A DNA stretch of 64,000 bases. Origin: the human T2T-CHM13v2.0 reference genome, Homo sapiens. This document shows, in pieces, positions 16,325 to 31,173 of the stretch. Position numbers and translations under genes: made by a program. Location: NCBI RefSeq assembly GCF_009914755.1, contig NC_060925.1; one strand, given 5' to 3'. The notes beneath the pieces were generated by a model, which saw only the letters and a program-made list of their open reading frames with translations, did no database searches and had not been told where the DNA came from. Positions within the stretch are counted from its first letter, which is position 1; every line of letters begins with the position of its first letter.

Positions 16325-17296
16325 TTTCCTGTAGTTGTAACAAATTAAGACAAATTTAGTGGCCTAAAAAAATAGCCATTATCTCACAATTCTGTAGATG
16401 AGAAGTCCAACGCTGGTCTCATTGGACTAATGCATTCCTTCTGGAGACCTGGGGAGGATTCATTTCCAGCCAGGCCCACTCAGGTTAGCAGAGTTCAGTT
16501 CCATGTGGCCATCAGGACTGAAGTCCCCATCTCCTGGATGGGCCAGCCGGGGGTCTTTCTCAGCTTCCATGTTCCCTGACCCCCACATTCCATGATCCTC
16601 TTCATCTTTAAAGCCAATGACAGCAGGTCAAGTCTTCACACTCCAAGTCTTACTGCCCACCCACCTGCCCCGCCCACCCTCCTGCCTCAGCCCTCCTGCC
16701 TTCCTCTCCTGCCGTGAAGGGATCTTGTGATTACGGTGGCCCACCAGGACAATCTAGGCTAAACACCCTATTTTAAGGTCAACTGATTCGTAAACTTACT
16801 TAAATCTTAAAAGTCCTTCAAAGCAGTACAGTAAGTCGTCAAAACCTAGCATCACGGATAGGTTCTTGGTAACTGCAAATTAGAGCAAAATGATGTAAAA
16901 CCAACCAACCAGAAACAGCAGGTCCTCGAATAACATCACTTCATGTTGTACCATTAGAACACTGATGAGAAAAAGAAATGGTTTTGTTACACACCTTTTC
17001 ACTTTGAGTTTTGGCCAGGTGCAGTGGCTCACACCTGTAATCCCAACGCTTTGGGAGGCCTAGGTAGGAGGACCACTGGAGGCCAGGCATCAGAGACCAG
17101 CCCGGGCAGCATGACAAGACCCTGTCTCCCAAAAAAAAAAGAAAAGGAAGGAAAGAAAAGAAAAATAAAGTCACAGTTTCCAAGAACCTAATGATGATGT
17201 TAAGTAAGGACTTATTGTACCTACATTAGTGATACAAGGAATAACCAGGAGACAGGGATGGGGGTGCAGGGCATCTTTAGAATTCTGCCTACCACA
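16325..17296. mobile_element. MLT1-family (MaLR) LTR interrupted by a MER82-like element
   Basis: gtaacaaatt...attatctcacaattctgtag...gaagtccaa at one end and agaattctgcctaccaca at the other are MLT1-type motifs. Confidence 0.7.
16829..17217. mobile_element. MER82-like (TcMar-Tigger) element with TA TSD, containing an Alu monomer at about 17013-17165
   Basis: TA|CAGTAAGTC...GATAGGTTCTTGG and CCAAGAACCTA...GACTTATTG|TA terminal inverted repeats. Confidence 0.75.
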
Positions 17297-17646
17297 CGTC
17301 TTCGGATGTTTAGTTTATGTTGTCACTCCTTCTCCGTTACTCTCAAAAGTGTTATTCTCAAAATTATGTTCTTTCATCTACCTTCCTTGCTAGAATTTAG
17401 CTACTCATAAAAATGTGTAAGGAAGAGTGACCATGGTTTTTCATTTGTATCTTCTACTAAAGTAGTTCCACTAAGCAAATGGGTTTGGAAACAATTCACA
17501 AACCTATTAACATATTAATAAAATGATGTGGAGATTTTGCCTATATAAGTTTTCACCCCATAAATCAATGAGGACACTAAAACAGTCTATTAGAGGCTCT
17601 AGGTAAAATGTAAAGTAGGCTTCTATCACCATGATCTCTACAGTAT

Positions 17647-17652
17647 TTTATT
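17647..17652 (-). terminator. Distal AATAAA poly(A) signal of TP53BP2
   Basis: TTTATT on + strand. Confidence 0.65.
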
Positions 17653-17833
17653 TTAAAAACCACTTACATTGAATCACTTAGCTGGTAAAAAACTCTTATT
17701 ACGATACATATACTTATGTTAAGCAGTTTGTTCTTTTTCAGCTGGGTATGATATCCCAACGGCTTGTGACTATTAAACAAGGTCTATTTATGACATCAAA
17801 AACAAAAACCAGTAAACAGCTAGCATCAAAAAG

Positions 17834-17839
17834 TTTATT
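17834..17839 (-). terminator. Proximal AATAAA poly(A) signal of TP53BP2
   Basis: TTTATT on +; the - strand downstream is GU/U-rich (TTTACTGGTTTTTGTTTTTG). Confidence 0.65.
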
Positions 17840-18585
17840 ACAACTGTTTTTAAAGTCAGCTATGATCTTGACAAATATTACGGGTAAGTCTGTAGCAAGT
17901 TTCTAATTTCTGAGATACAAAAGACAATAAATACAGATTAAAATTCAGCCTACAAACAAGATTCTACATCTAATTACTGGTACCGTAGCTTAGTTTCAAT
18001 ATTTCAAACATATGTATAATTCTTAAGATGCTACAAAAACTCATATAATAAAGTTATTGTTCACTGACAACCAACTAACAGTTCTTCACTGACAATATAC
18101 AAGTGTGCAGTGCCTTCGAGCCTTCAGGTGAGCCCCCCAAGGGCCTGCTGGTGCCGGGGACAATCAGAGACAGCGATGTGACGGCACTGGTCCTTTCTGG
18201 CAGGAGGACTGGTTTAGGAGCAGCTGCTGAAAACACTCAACAGGACAGAGAGCTGATTTCCCAACTGCCCAATAAATGATCCTATTTACTAGACAGGATT
18301 CTTGTAGAAAACAGGATTGTCGCTGTATACTTATCTGAGTGCTACACGGGACACCTTTGCCCCAACACAGTATGGCCTGCTGACGTAGATGCTTTATTTC
18401 ATCACGCTAAATGTCCTCTAATGGTGAATTCTTCAATCCTTCATTCTCTTCTAGAGACATTCTTCATCGCTTTCAAGCTACATTGTCATTAAAATAAGTC
18501 TTGTGAAATTTTTGCCAAAAATAATCGTATTACTTCTTCTTAACAGAGATTAATTCTTCATTGACTAAAATTCTGTGTGGAAGTT

Positions 18586-18627
18586 TCAGGCCAAGCTCCT
18601 TTGTCTTGGTTTAATTCTTGGGTACAG
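18586..18627 (-). CDS. TP53BP2: TP53BP2 exon 18, coding part LYPRIKPRQRSLA*
   Basis: ttgcag|CTG acceptor; matches the ASPP2 C-terminus. Confidence 0.97.
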   Translation of the reverse strand: MYPRIKPRQRSLA

Positions 18628-19789
18628 CTGCAAGAGAGTTTAAAAAATTTTACATACTATAATAGATGTGTGGGAATATAACAAAATTTCAAGAAATAAT
18701 GAGGTTAGGGGACAGATGTCATGGGAAGGAAATCAAAGTGAGAAAAGCACTCTTTGTGGTGTGTGTGGCACCTAGAGCTTTACGTTTAGCAACGTGGTCA
18801 TAGCTAGACTCAGCAGGACGTTCAAAGATCACAAGGGCCCGTCAACTGTGACAACTCTACAAAGCAGCAATATAAAAACCCATGACAGTTCTAGGTATTA
18901 ACTCAATCTGCACAGCTTGTTGAGCTGTAAATCGGCTCTATGTAAATCGGCTCTAACAAGGAAGGCAAACTGCTGTATGCTCTATGCTCCAGCATTTGGA
19001 GCTTCTATTAGGAAGGAAGAAAGAGACTGAATTCTTTTACCTTTATTCACAATGGACATGACATTGTGTCATGGGACTTCAGACTGTCAGAAATGAAATG
19101 CCACAGATTAAAAGTCTATAAATTTAAGGAAGATTAGGTGGAGTTTTTTGCTTTACAATTCTGTGGTTTTGTGTTTCCACAAGAGCTGTAAAGGTGAGTC
19201 CTAGTGAAGGTTGCAAGGCCTCTAGGCCTGAGCCAGGACCAAGTCAAACTGATAAATTCAACTGACACACCAAACAAAAGCAGCCCCTCTTGACAAAAGA
19301 AGAGGAAGAAAAAGGATTACTCAAAGAAAGTAGAAGCATAGGCTTTAATTACATCCCAATTAAAAAATTTAAAAATAATAAATAATTTTAAAAAGAGTCA
19401 GACTTCCAGTTAAAACTGAAAAACTGGTGGATCCATGTTACAGAAAATATTACTTTTCTATCTGAAAAAAAGACATTTAGCTAATACAATTTTCTAGACT
19501 GCTATCTGAGCCCTAACTACATATATGCACTTTCCTTTAAAAAAAAAGATCAGGAAAACAAACCAAAAAAGTGGTGTAGAGGATACTTCTAACAAGAAAA
19601 GATTTTCAAAGTACTAAGAAAATCTAAATTTAGGACTAAAATGAAAATATTCAGTCCAGTCTGTTAATTTCAGAATCTTCTAAGCGCCACACACACGAGA
19701 GAAAACACTCTCTGACCCACTGCTCCCGCACTTGGAAACATGCAATGTTCCCCGTGTCATTAACCACAGGACCTGTGTTAGAAAATTTA

Positions 19790-20008
19790 AATAATTCAAA
19801 AGATCTACTGTACAACTTGGTGACTATAATTAATAATGTATTATATACTTGAAAATCACTAATAGATGTTCTCACCAAAAAAATGATGACCATGTGAGAT
19901 GATGCATGTATTATTTAGCTCAATTTAGCCATTTTACAAGTATACATATTTCAAATCATGTTATACACCATAAATATACACAATTTTTGCCAATTTAAAA
20001 AAAGAAAA
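19790..20008 (+). mobile_element. Old L1 (L1MA-like) 3' end
   Basis: agatctactgtacaac...tatacttgaaaat...catgttatacaccataaatataca plus A-tail. Confidence 0.75.
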
Positions 20009-20231
20009 TACAAGACTCAAGTAAGCAACTAGTTCTAAGGAGGTAAAGTCTTTCCCAGATAAGAAACTATACAAAAGGGCTTATTTACCATTGATGTTTA
20101 TGTTTATCAGAGAAGGAAAGTGGCTGTAGGCAAGAGACTGTACTTCTCTAGTGCTAGAGACTCTGGAGAAGCAACTGAGGGTGCTTGAAAGAGAACAGCC
20201 TTTATATTTCTACTTTCCTCTGGTCATCTGA

Positions 20232-20516
<285 letters not shown>

Positions 20517-21847
20517 TAATTGTATTTGTTTTTCACTTTCAGTATTCTTTAAAGTTACGTTATGATCACCCAAATGAATACTGTCTAATCATCTATTCAA
20601 AACTTATTATGAAATGGTTATTTCATAATAAATTTTGCTGTCAGGACAGCAGCAGTCAAGGTGTATAAGTCATTTACACTGCACGTTAGACAAACAACAG
20701 TGTGGAAGGGAGAGTCAGGGAGAGATGCTGGTCAGAATCCAGGCAGTCAGGTCCCAACACTGAAGTCATTTCAAGTAATCCCATTGAAAGTAATGCCTAG
20801 GCAGTGGATCACTCACAGACAGAATCCTGTTCATCACCTAGATGCCAGAGTAGAAGCTCCATGTGGGTGGAGGCCATGTCCATCCGACACTTGATGAAAA
20901 GACCAAGAATACATCTACCATTTGCTCTCTATTAGACCTCTGAGTTATCCCCACACTAATCTTGGGAGGCAGGATTCTCCAGCCCTCCCCACGTTCCTTC
21001 TGCAGCCTGGATATCCAGATAACAGGTGCTGCAGATGGAGCTGAAGCAACGTAGAGGCCAGTGCTCACAACCTACACACCATCTTCTGTGTATCACAACT
21101 GGCTCTTCCCTTCCTCAACCCTTTCCTTACTTCCTCACCAACAGCAGATTCTGCAAGCACTTTAAACTTTTATCTCAATCTCTCGATTACCCTGATCATT
21201 TCTCTCACTCTTTCATACACCCTCCATGCCCCTTGCACACACACAACTGCTATAAGAGAACAGCTGAATCTATAAAGAGCTTACTGCAAAGCCCTGGAAT
21301 CTGTTATTCTCGCTTTCTCTCCTCTGTCTGACCATACGCCAGCCTTCCCCTGAAAATACTCCAGGAGAATCTTTACATGATGACAGCAGTCCCATTGTAC
21401 TACACTATAGAAGTGGTACATACGTGCTGGCATGATATTATTTTCTTGCTTTTTATGAAATATAAATCAAATAGTACAGAAAAACAAAGAATCTTGTCCT
21501 TAATGCCCTGCTGAAGCTCTCTACCAGATTTGCAAATCCTGATTTAGACAGATTAAAAATTGATTTCAGATGTCACAGGCTCAATTCCAATCATATTATC
21601 CAGTTATCTTTAGTCTGTTTATAAATGTAGGGAGGACCCCTGACCTCCAGGGCTGGCAAACAGATGTTATTGGTCATAATAAGAATCACTGAAAATGAGG
21701 CTTTAAGTCTAAGACTATCAAAATGTTTAAATTCCATGTCTTATTAACAAAGGGCAGTTTGGTGCACTGTACACATAACATACAGCAGTTTTTACAAAGC
21801 CCCTCTCTGGCACATATGAAAACACCGTAAGCGTCAGAATAACTTAC

Positions 21848-22047
21848 TCCCAGCAAGTTACGTGGAACATATCCCTCCTTATCATTAAGGCGCGCCCACC
21901 ACCATTCGATTTCATCTTCGTCTTCCCTGTGGATGATTGTCATGCAGTCTCCTTCTTTCATGGGCAGCTCATCATCATTCTGAGGTTCATAATCCCAAAG
22001 CGCATAAATGACTCCTTTATTCATTATGCCCATCTTCTCCTGAACTC
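21848..22047 (-). CDS. TP53BP2: TP53BP2 exon 17 (SH3 domain, [13 protein letters not shown]...[19 protein letters not shown])
   Basis: ttttag|GA acceptor, GGA|gtaagt donor; SH3 signature. Confidence 0.98.
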
Positions 22048-23509
22048 CTAAAATCATGACAGTAAGATAAAGCACAGAATATACAACTTGGAGTATACCA
22101 CTCTACAACTTTTAGCTATATGAAACAAAATGGGAAGAAACAGGTACAGGCTGGAATGTTAGTACTACATTAAATATACAATAAAATGTCCTGAGGTGGG
22201 GGGTAGCATGCAGTGGAAGGCAACAGTGTATTGGGAACATACAAAGGACACATTACTATATGCTATCATCTCTAAAACACCTCTAAAACCTAGCACTTTA
22301 TAAGCATCTCTTAAAGGAGCTACTCAGAGTACAAAACTTTTGCAAGCTTAGGAACTAAAAAAAGAACTGTTCAAGTCTAGGATATTAAAAAAGTGAACGA
22401 TATGCCTGTCCAATTTCAGCCTACTCCCAAATGTAATGACTAAGGAACTCTAGAAACATTACTTCATTCTTTACCCAAAATTCAGAGCAGACAGAGAAAA
22501 AAAGATGGAGGCACAATGGTCTCTATGAATTTCCGAATGGGGAAAGACAGAGGAAAAAATATATATAGAATATGTTAGAATGCAAAAATATGGCATTTTA
22601 GACATGATCAAAGTCTTCATATAATCAACTCTAATATAGTAAGAATCCGAATCTTAAAAGATGTCGAAATCCTCAAACTAGGAAGGGAAAAATCCTCAGA
22701 AGTCCACCTTTCACCAGAGTTAGTAACAGATTTGCAAATTAACTACACATTTAAGTTTTGCCCTTCTTCACTTATACCTTCCTATCCTAAAGGGCAATGC
22801 TAGTAAGAAATAACAATCATCAACTGGCAGGCAATAGGAAAAAAGCAGAGGAGAAGGAAAATAAGGTAATAAAGTTCTCAGCAATTCAGAATTATTATTT
22901 TCACTTTTATAATTTTTTAAAAACCAGGAAAATACTTGCTAGCTTTTGAATAGTTAGCTTTTTCAACTTATGTGAGCACTACACTATTGATTATGAAATT
23001 ATTCCTGTATCAACTAATGATATAGCACACAGTATATTTCTCTCACTCTGGGAAAAACTGAAACAAGAAATTCTTCTTTTCTAGAAGAAGGCTCTGCCAA
23101 TCTAAAGAGACAATTTCCAACTTTTCTTGTTTAAAGATGACATGCAAAGCATGACAGACTCACATGGTGATCAAACTTTATATAACTGTAATTTCACAAA
23201 GTTTTTAAAATGGCCACAGTGTCTGAGATGGGAATGAAGAAAGACGTAGGAGATTCTGGATATTTTAGTATACTCAAAATAACAGCTCAAGTCCCAGTTT
23301 GCAATAAATTAGGGACCAGGGTCTTGCCCAGGCTGGTATAGAATTCCTGGGCTCAGGAGATCCTCCCACTTCAGCCTCCAAAGTGCTGGGATTACAGGCA
23401 TGAGCCACTGCACCCAGCCTCCAATAAATCATTAGGAATGGAGAAAAATTCTCATTACTTTGCTATTTATCAGATTAAGAGTTGTAGATTACTTTTTAAA
23501 AAATTTTTT

Positions 23510-24185
23510 GAGGGGACTAAAAACATGCTCAATCTTACCGGTAACTTGGGAAATGCAAACGAAAGCTACGAGGTATCATTCCAAATCCACCAAGAGTCAA
23601 AGAGAACGTGGAGTAAAAGGAACCCTCTGCTAGATGTGTATCACTGTGACCTGGCAAGTCCACTTGTAGATAAACACCAGAAGACAAGTACCAAAATGTT
23701 CACAGGGATGTTTACAGTGGAAGGAAAGGAAGGAGGGAGGGAAGGAGGGAAGGAGGGAAACAGCACACATGTCCTTCGAAAGCAGAATAAAAAGATAAAC
23801 TGTGCAGTGAAAATAAACTACAGCTACAGGCAACACGAGTGAATCTCAAAAACCATGTTGAATGAGAAAAGCAGGCCACAGAATCACCAGTATGATTTTA
23901 TATAAAGGGCAAAAACAAGCAAAACTGCAGATATTAGTTATAGGACTCATATACAAATGATGTAATTATTTTACAAAACAAGGAATGCTAAACGTAAAAG
24001 CGGCGGTCACTACAGACGTGAGAAGGGGCCACATCAGGGAGGGGCATCCAAACAATGTCAGGGACAGTGGTTATGTTCTGTCTCCTAAGGTGGGTACACA
24101 ATTACTCACTGTGTGTAATCTACTATCATTATTACTTAAACAGCACATCCTGGTATCTATGATATACTTCATAAATTTTAAGAAT
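23510..24185 (+). mobile_element. Ancient L1M(E)-like 3' fragment
   Basis: gaatctcaaaaaccatgttgaatgagaaaagc...tatgatttta motif. Confidence 0.55.
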
Positions 24186-24210
24186 CTGACCAAATATCCC
24201 TAATGTTTAA

Positions 24211-24944
<734 letters not shown>

Positions 24945-24959
24945 TAACACATTATATTA

Positions 24960-25815
<856 letters not shown>

Positions 25816-26740
25816 AATCACAAATATCAGCAATTAAAAACTACCAGCTGAGAGAGATGAAGAAGGGAACTCCAGGTTTGTGGTTCTCTGACCCCTCTCT
25901 CTTCATACCTAGGGCCTGAAAAAAGGCCTAGAGACAGAGGGAAAAGTTCAGCAGAGAGGGCAGAGGCGTCTGTTTTACCCTTAGGGGTCTTCCAATCAAC
26001 TGGGAAAGGAGTTACTGAAAACTTGAGCAGTATGGAGTTCTGGGACCTCCTCATTTGTCTCTGTCTTCCCTCCTTCTTTAATTCCTCTCAAGCCCAACTA
26101 AAGAGGAAAATTTACCTCAACTTCTAAGCCTTGTAAACAAAAAAAATTTTCCTTGTATATACAAATGCCAATCAACATATATCTATCTAAAACTTCAAGT
26201 CCATTTTCCTCTAGGTACAGATCTGATGTTAGCAATCAGAATCATAAACTCAAAATCAAGAAAACAAAAGAGAAAAAAATAAAAGACAGCTCCAAAATAT
26301 ATGTTGCCTTTATTTCACTTTATGACAAGTTTGATTTTTAGGAAAACTTGGACCATTTGGGTTCTTAAACTGATCCTTCACTTCTCTTGATCATGTTGTT
26401 AGGAGAGGGGGGTCTGTTTACTTATTTGCAAGGATACACCATCAATCTATAAGTACTAAAGCCTTAATAGAGGGTCTTTTGATGGTCAAAGTCATTAACA
26501 CCACTAGGTCAGATGCTGCAACACTGTCTTTTGTAATTGAAGAAGTCCCTGACAATAGCTGTTTCTAAGCATACAAACAGAAGCTGTATTATCTGTGACC
26601 AAGGCTGTTGTATTTTCAAGGCCCAAGACTATGGATAACACAAGATTTTTTCCAAACAAAAATACTTATTGAATTATACCCTGGAGATACAGAATAAATG
26701 AATGCAGTAATCAATACATTTAGTTCTACTTGTCACATAC

Positions 26741-26907
26741 CATAAAGAAATTGGGAGCACTGAGTGTAGCCTTCCTCCATTTCCTCGCACTTATCTGCAG
26801 CAGTCTGCATGTCACTGTAGGTCATGGCAAACACAGCGGCTCCTGACTCCACCAAAAACTTACACACTTGGACGTTGTTACATGAGGCAGCACAATGTAA
26901 TGGAGTC
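26741..26907 (-). CDS. TP53BP2: TP53BP2 exon 16 (ankyrin repeats, [23 protein letters not shown]...)
   Basis: tcacag|GA acceptor, ATG|gtatgt donor; TPLH ankyrin motif. Confidence 0.98.
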
Positions 26908-27735
26908 CTGTGAAGCAAGATACGAGGGCTAGAACTGTTTTCCTAAACTGAATGACACCTGCTGATAAGATATCTGGAAAGAAAGTTCTTGAGTCTCTCA
27001 TCTACCAAGTTTTCTTCTGAAAACCTCTTAAACAGTTTTTTAAAAACCAGTTCAACACAGATGATTGAACCCATCAAAGAATTACAGCCACAAATGAAAA
27101 TTTCAGAGAGTCATGGACCACAATGGGGCTGGGAGCTTAGCAAAGGGTGAGAAGAATCAAGGACGTGAATAAACAGAAATGAAATGTGTATAAACATTTA
27201 AGAAAAACAATATTAACATGGATTTAGTTCTATGTCCTGGAGCATCCAGCCTAATTCTTTCAGAGTAGAAGCCCTAACAGTCCTTAAGTTATTTAAGTTA
27301 TACACCTTCACTCAAAACACTGGCCTTTAAATATCTATTTATCGTCATCAATTTTGAAGGAATTAAGTTGCATAGATGAACTACTTTTATATTTTTTAAA
27401 TCCCAAGTTAAAACAAATTTTAATTGAAAAAATTTGTCAAATCAATTGAGACCAGAAAAGTGACTGTAAAATACACATATTTCAACTATAGGTAACTGGT
27501 CAGCAGGAATTTATTAATACCATTAAAGAGAACTCCAGCATCTCAAATGTTTTATAATAGATTATAAATGACCCTAGAGTAATGGTAAAGGTACAAGAGC
27601 CAGTACCACTGTCCAAACTCAGAAGTTGAGTGTGAAAATGTTAATCAGGCTCTAAAGTACATAAGATTTAGTTTCTTTACTCTTTCCTCTCCCCTTTATT
27701 CTCCTTGGGTATACAGACTTGAAAAAAAAATTTAG

Positions 27736-29152
<1,417 letters not shown>

Positions 29153-30121
29153 TTAAAATATAAGTGTTTAAAAATTGTAACCAAAGTGCTTCTCCAAGCA
29201 TTAAAACAAAAGTTGGAAAACAATCTCAATGTCTAATAAAAGGGAGACCGTCACAATAAATGAGTACACAGTCACGCGGTAGAGTAATACGAGGCTAACT
29301 GAAATGTATGTATGTGTGTATGCAATTTATATATGCATACATGAGAATTTTATATGGTAACTATTTTCCATATTATGAGAAAAACAAGTTGTGAAACTAA
29401 AATACTGGAGTAAATATAGTGTGATTACAACTTTTTAAAATCCTATAAAGAAAAAAGTCAATTGTTTGTATTCTTCCACAAAAGTAACACAATGTAACTT
29501 AAAACTTTCTTTTTTAAAAATAACATACAAAATTTGCTGTCTATTCTGTTAGTTTTGGGGATGACAGGACCTTATTAGGACCTTTATTATTATTATTTAA
29601 TATTGACTAACATTTCCCCTATCCTGCAAACAATACTCATCACTTGCAGTACCGCTTGCGTTTTACGTACACCCTGGTTCCACGAAAAATGGATTCCATG
29701 GTCAAATATATTTAGGATATGTTGCAAGTTATAATCCCCTCTTGGAGATATAGAATGGACATTAATATATTGAAGACTGAACCATTTCAGGGGCTTAGGG
29801 ATACCTTGCCTAAATCAGCACTTCTCTCTTAAGCTTTGCTTAAGGATGCTAATTAACTGTGTACTACTTTGTTACACTTATTTTTATCATTAACTACTAA
29901 ACTTTTTAAAACTCCACCTACTTCCAGGATGGGAATGAGATGACTGTTACATGAACACATGTTAATTCCTCAAAAATAGATACCACATTTCTCCAGCTAG
30001 ATTACAAGCAGCTCAAGGACATAACTGACATACTTCTTTGTCTTCCAACAGCACTATGACAACTGCTTATAAACCGATTCCCACAACTGAAGTTTGACTG
30101 GAGTTTAAAAGAAAATCTTAC

Positions 30122-30255
30122 CATCCATCACTATCAGCAGCATTTACATTTACACCAAACTGTACCAGGAACTTAACGATTTCTGTGTGGCCTGCACACA
30201 CAGCATTGTGAAGAGCCGTGATGCCTTCATCATTGGGGAGGCTTGGGTCATCAAC
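30122..30255 (-). CDS. TP53BP2: TP53BP2 exon 15 (ankyrin, [45 protein letters not shown])
   Basis: atatag|GTT acceptor, ATG|gtaaga donor. Confidence 0.97.
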
Positions 30256-30970
30256 CTATATCAAGAAGAAGGGTGAGCATCACTCTAGTTTCTTGTCACC
30301 TGAACTGTCACTACTAACTGGCTCCTTTAGGGTCAAGAGGACAGAAATGGACTCTTGTGACACTTTTAAAAATCATAATTAAAACCTATAGGAGCCAAGA
30401 AAACTATACCAAGAACAATTCTAGAAATAAGACAGACAGAAAAACCACATTAAGTAGGCAGTCACTATAAAAAGGTTTTTTTTAAAAAAAGGAAGTACCA
30501 GAAACTATATCCTTATAGTCATTTTTGTTTATTTATCCTCCCAGCTTCTCACCACAAATTAGTTTCTAAGTAGAAGTTGCATTTGCTATGGAAAGCAAAA
30601 AAAAAAAAAGGTCAACTAAAAATATTTTAAATAGTAGGCTTCTAAAAGTAGAGACCGCATCTCTAACCTAATACAGTATAGTACAAATCCATACATGAAC
30701 AATTTCTAAAGGGGAGTAATGATCTCTCTTAAGAAAGAAAAGTACTCTAGAGGACTCCAAGTGAAAACCGAACTTCCAAATGATGACAATTCCATAGTCA
30801 TACCTTTAAAACAGCATAGCCTATTCTAAAGCGTGCCCAAGAGTTCCTGAACACAACCCCACAATGCCTAAAAGGAAAACAATTTTAAAATACAATTTCT
30901 CTACAGTCGCTTTCTAATTAGAGCTTTAAAACAAAATACAAGGTCATATTTTAAAAATTTACTAATTATA

Positions 30971-31010
30971 CTCTAGCCTGGATGACAGAGCGAGACTCTG
31001 ACTCAAAAAA
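30971..31010 (+). mobile_element. 40-bp, extremely 5'-truncated Alu with a perfect 18-bp TSD
   Basis: ctctagcctggatgacagagcgagactctgactcaaaaaa flanked by AAAAATTTACTAATTATA at 30953-30970 and 31011-31028. Confidence 0.9.
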
Positions 31011-31035
31011 AAAAATTTACTAATTATAATCATAC

Positions 31036-31173
31036 CTCATAAATAATTCTCTGTACAAGGTCAAATTCTCCCTCCAAAGACGAATCTAGCAGTAAAGCAA
31101 GGGGGTTGAATTTCACCCTCATTCCATGAGCGATACGCTCTGAGCCAGTTTTACGCAAGTTTGTCCTTTTACC
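31036..31173 (-). CDS. TP53BP2: TP53BP2 exon 14 (GKRTNLRK...[29 protein letters not shown]), includes the PP1-binding RVxF motif RVKF
   Basis: ttgcag|GGT acceptor, GAG|gtatga donor. Confidence 0.97.

Larger units (their letters stand above)
17625..18585 (-). other. TP53BP2: TP53BP2 3' UTR (end approximate)
   Basis: Follows the TGA at 18588-18586; AATAAA on the - strand at 17839-17834 and 17652-17647. Confidence 0.8.
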
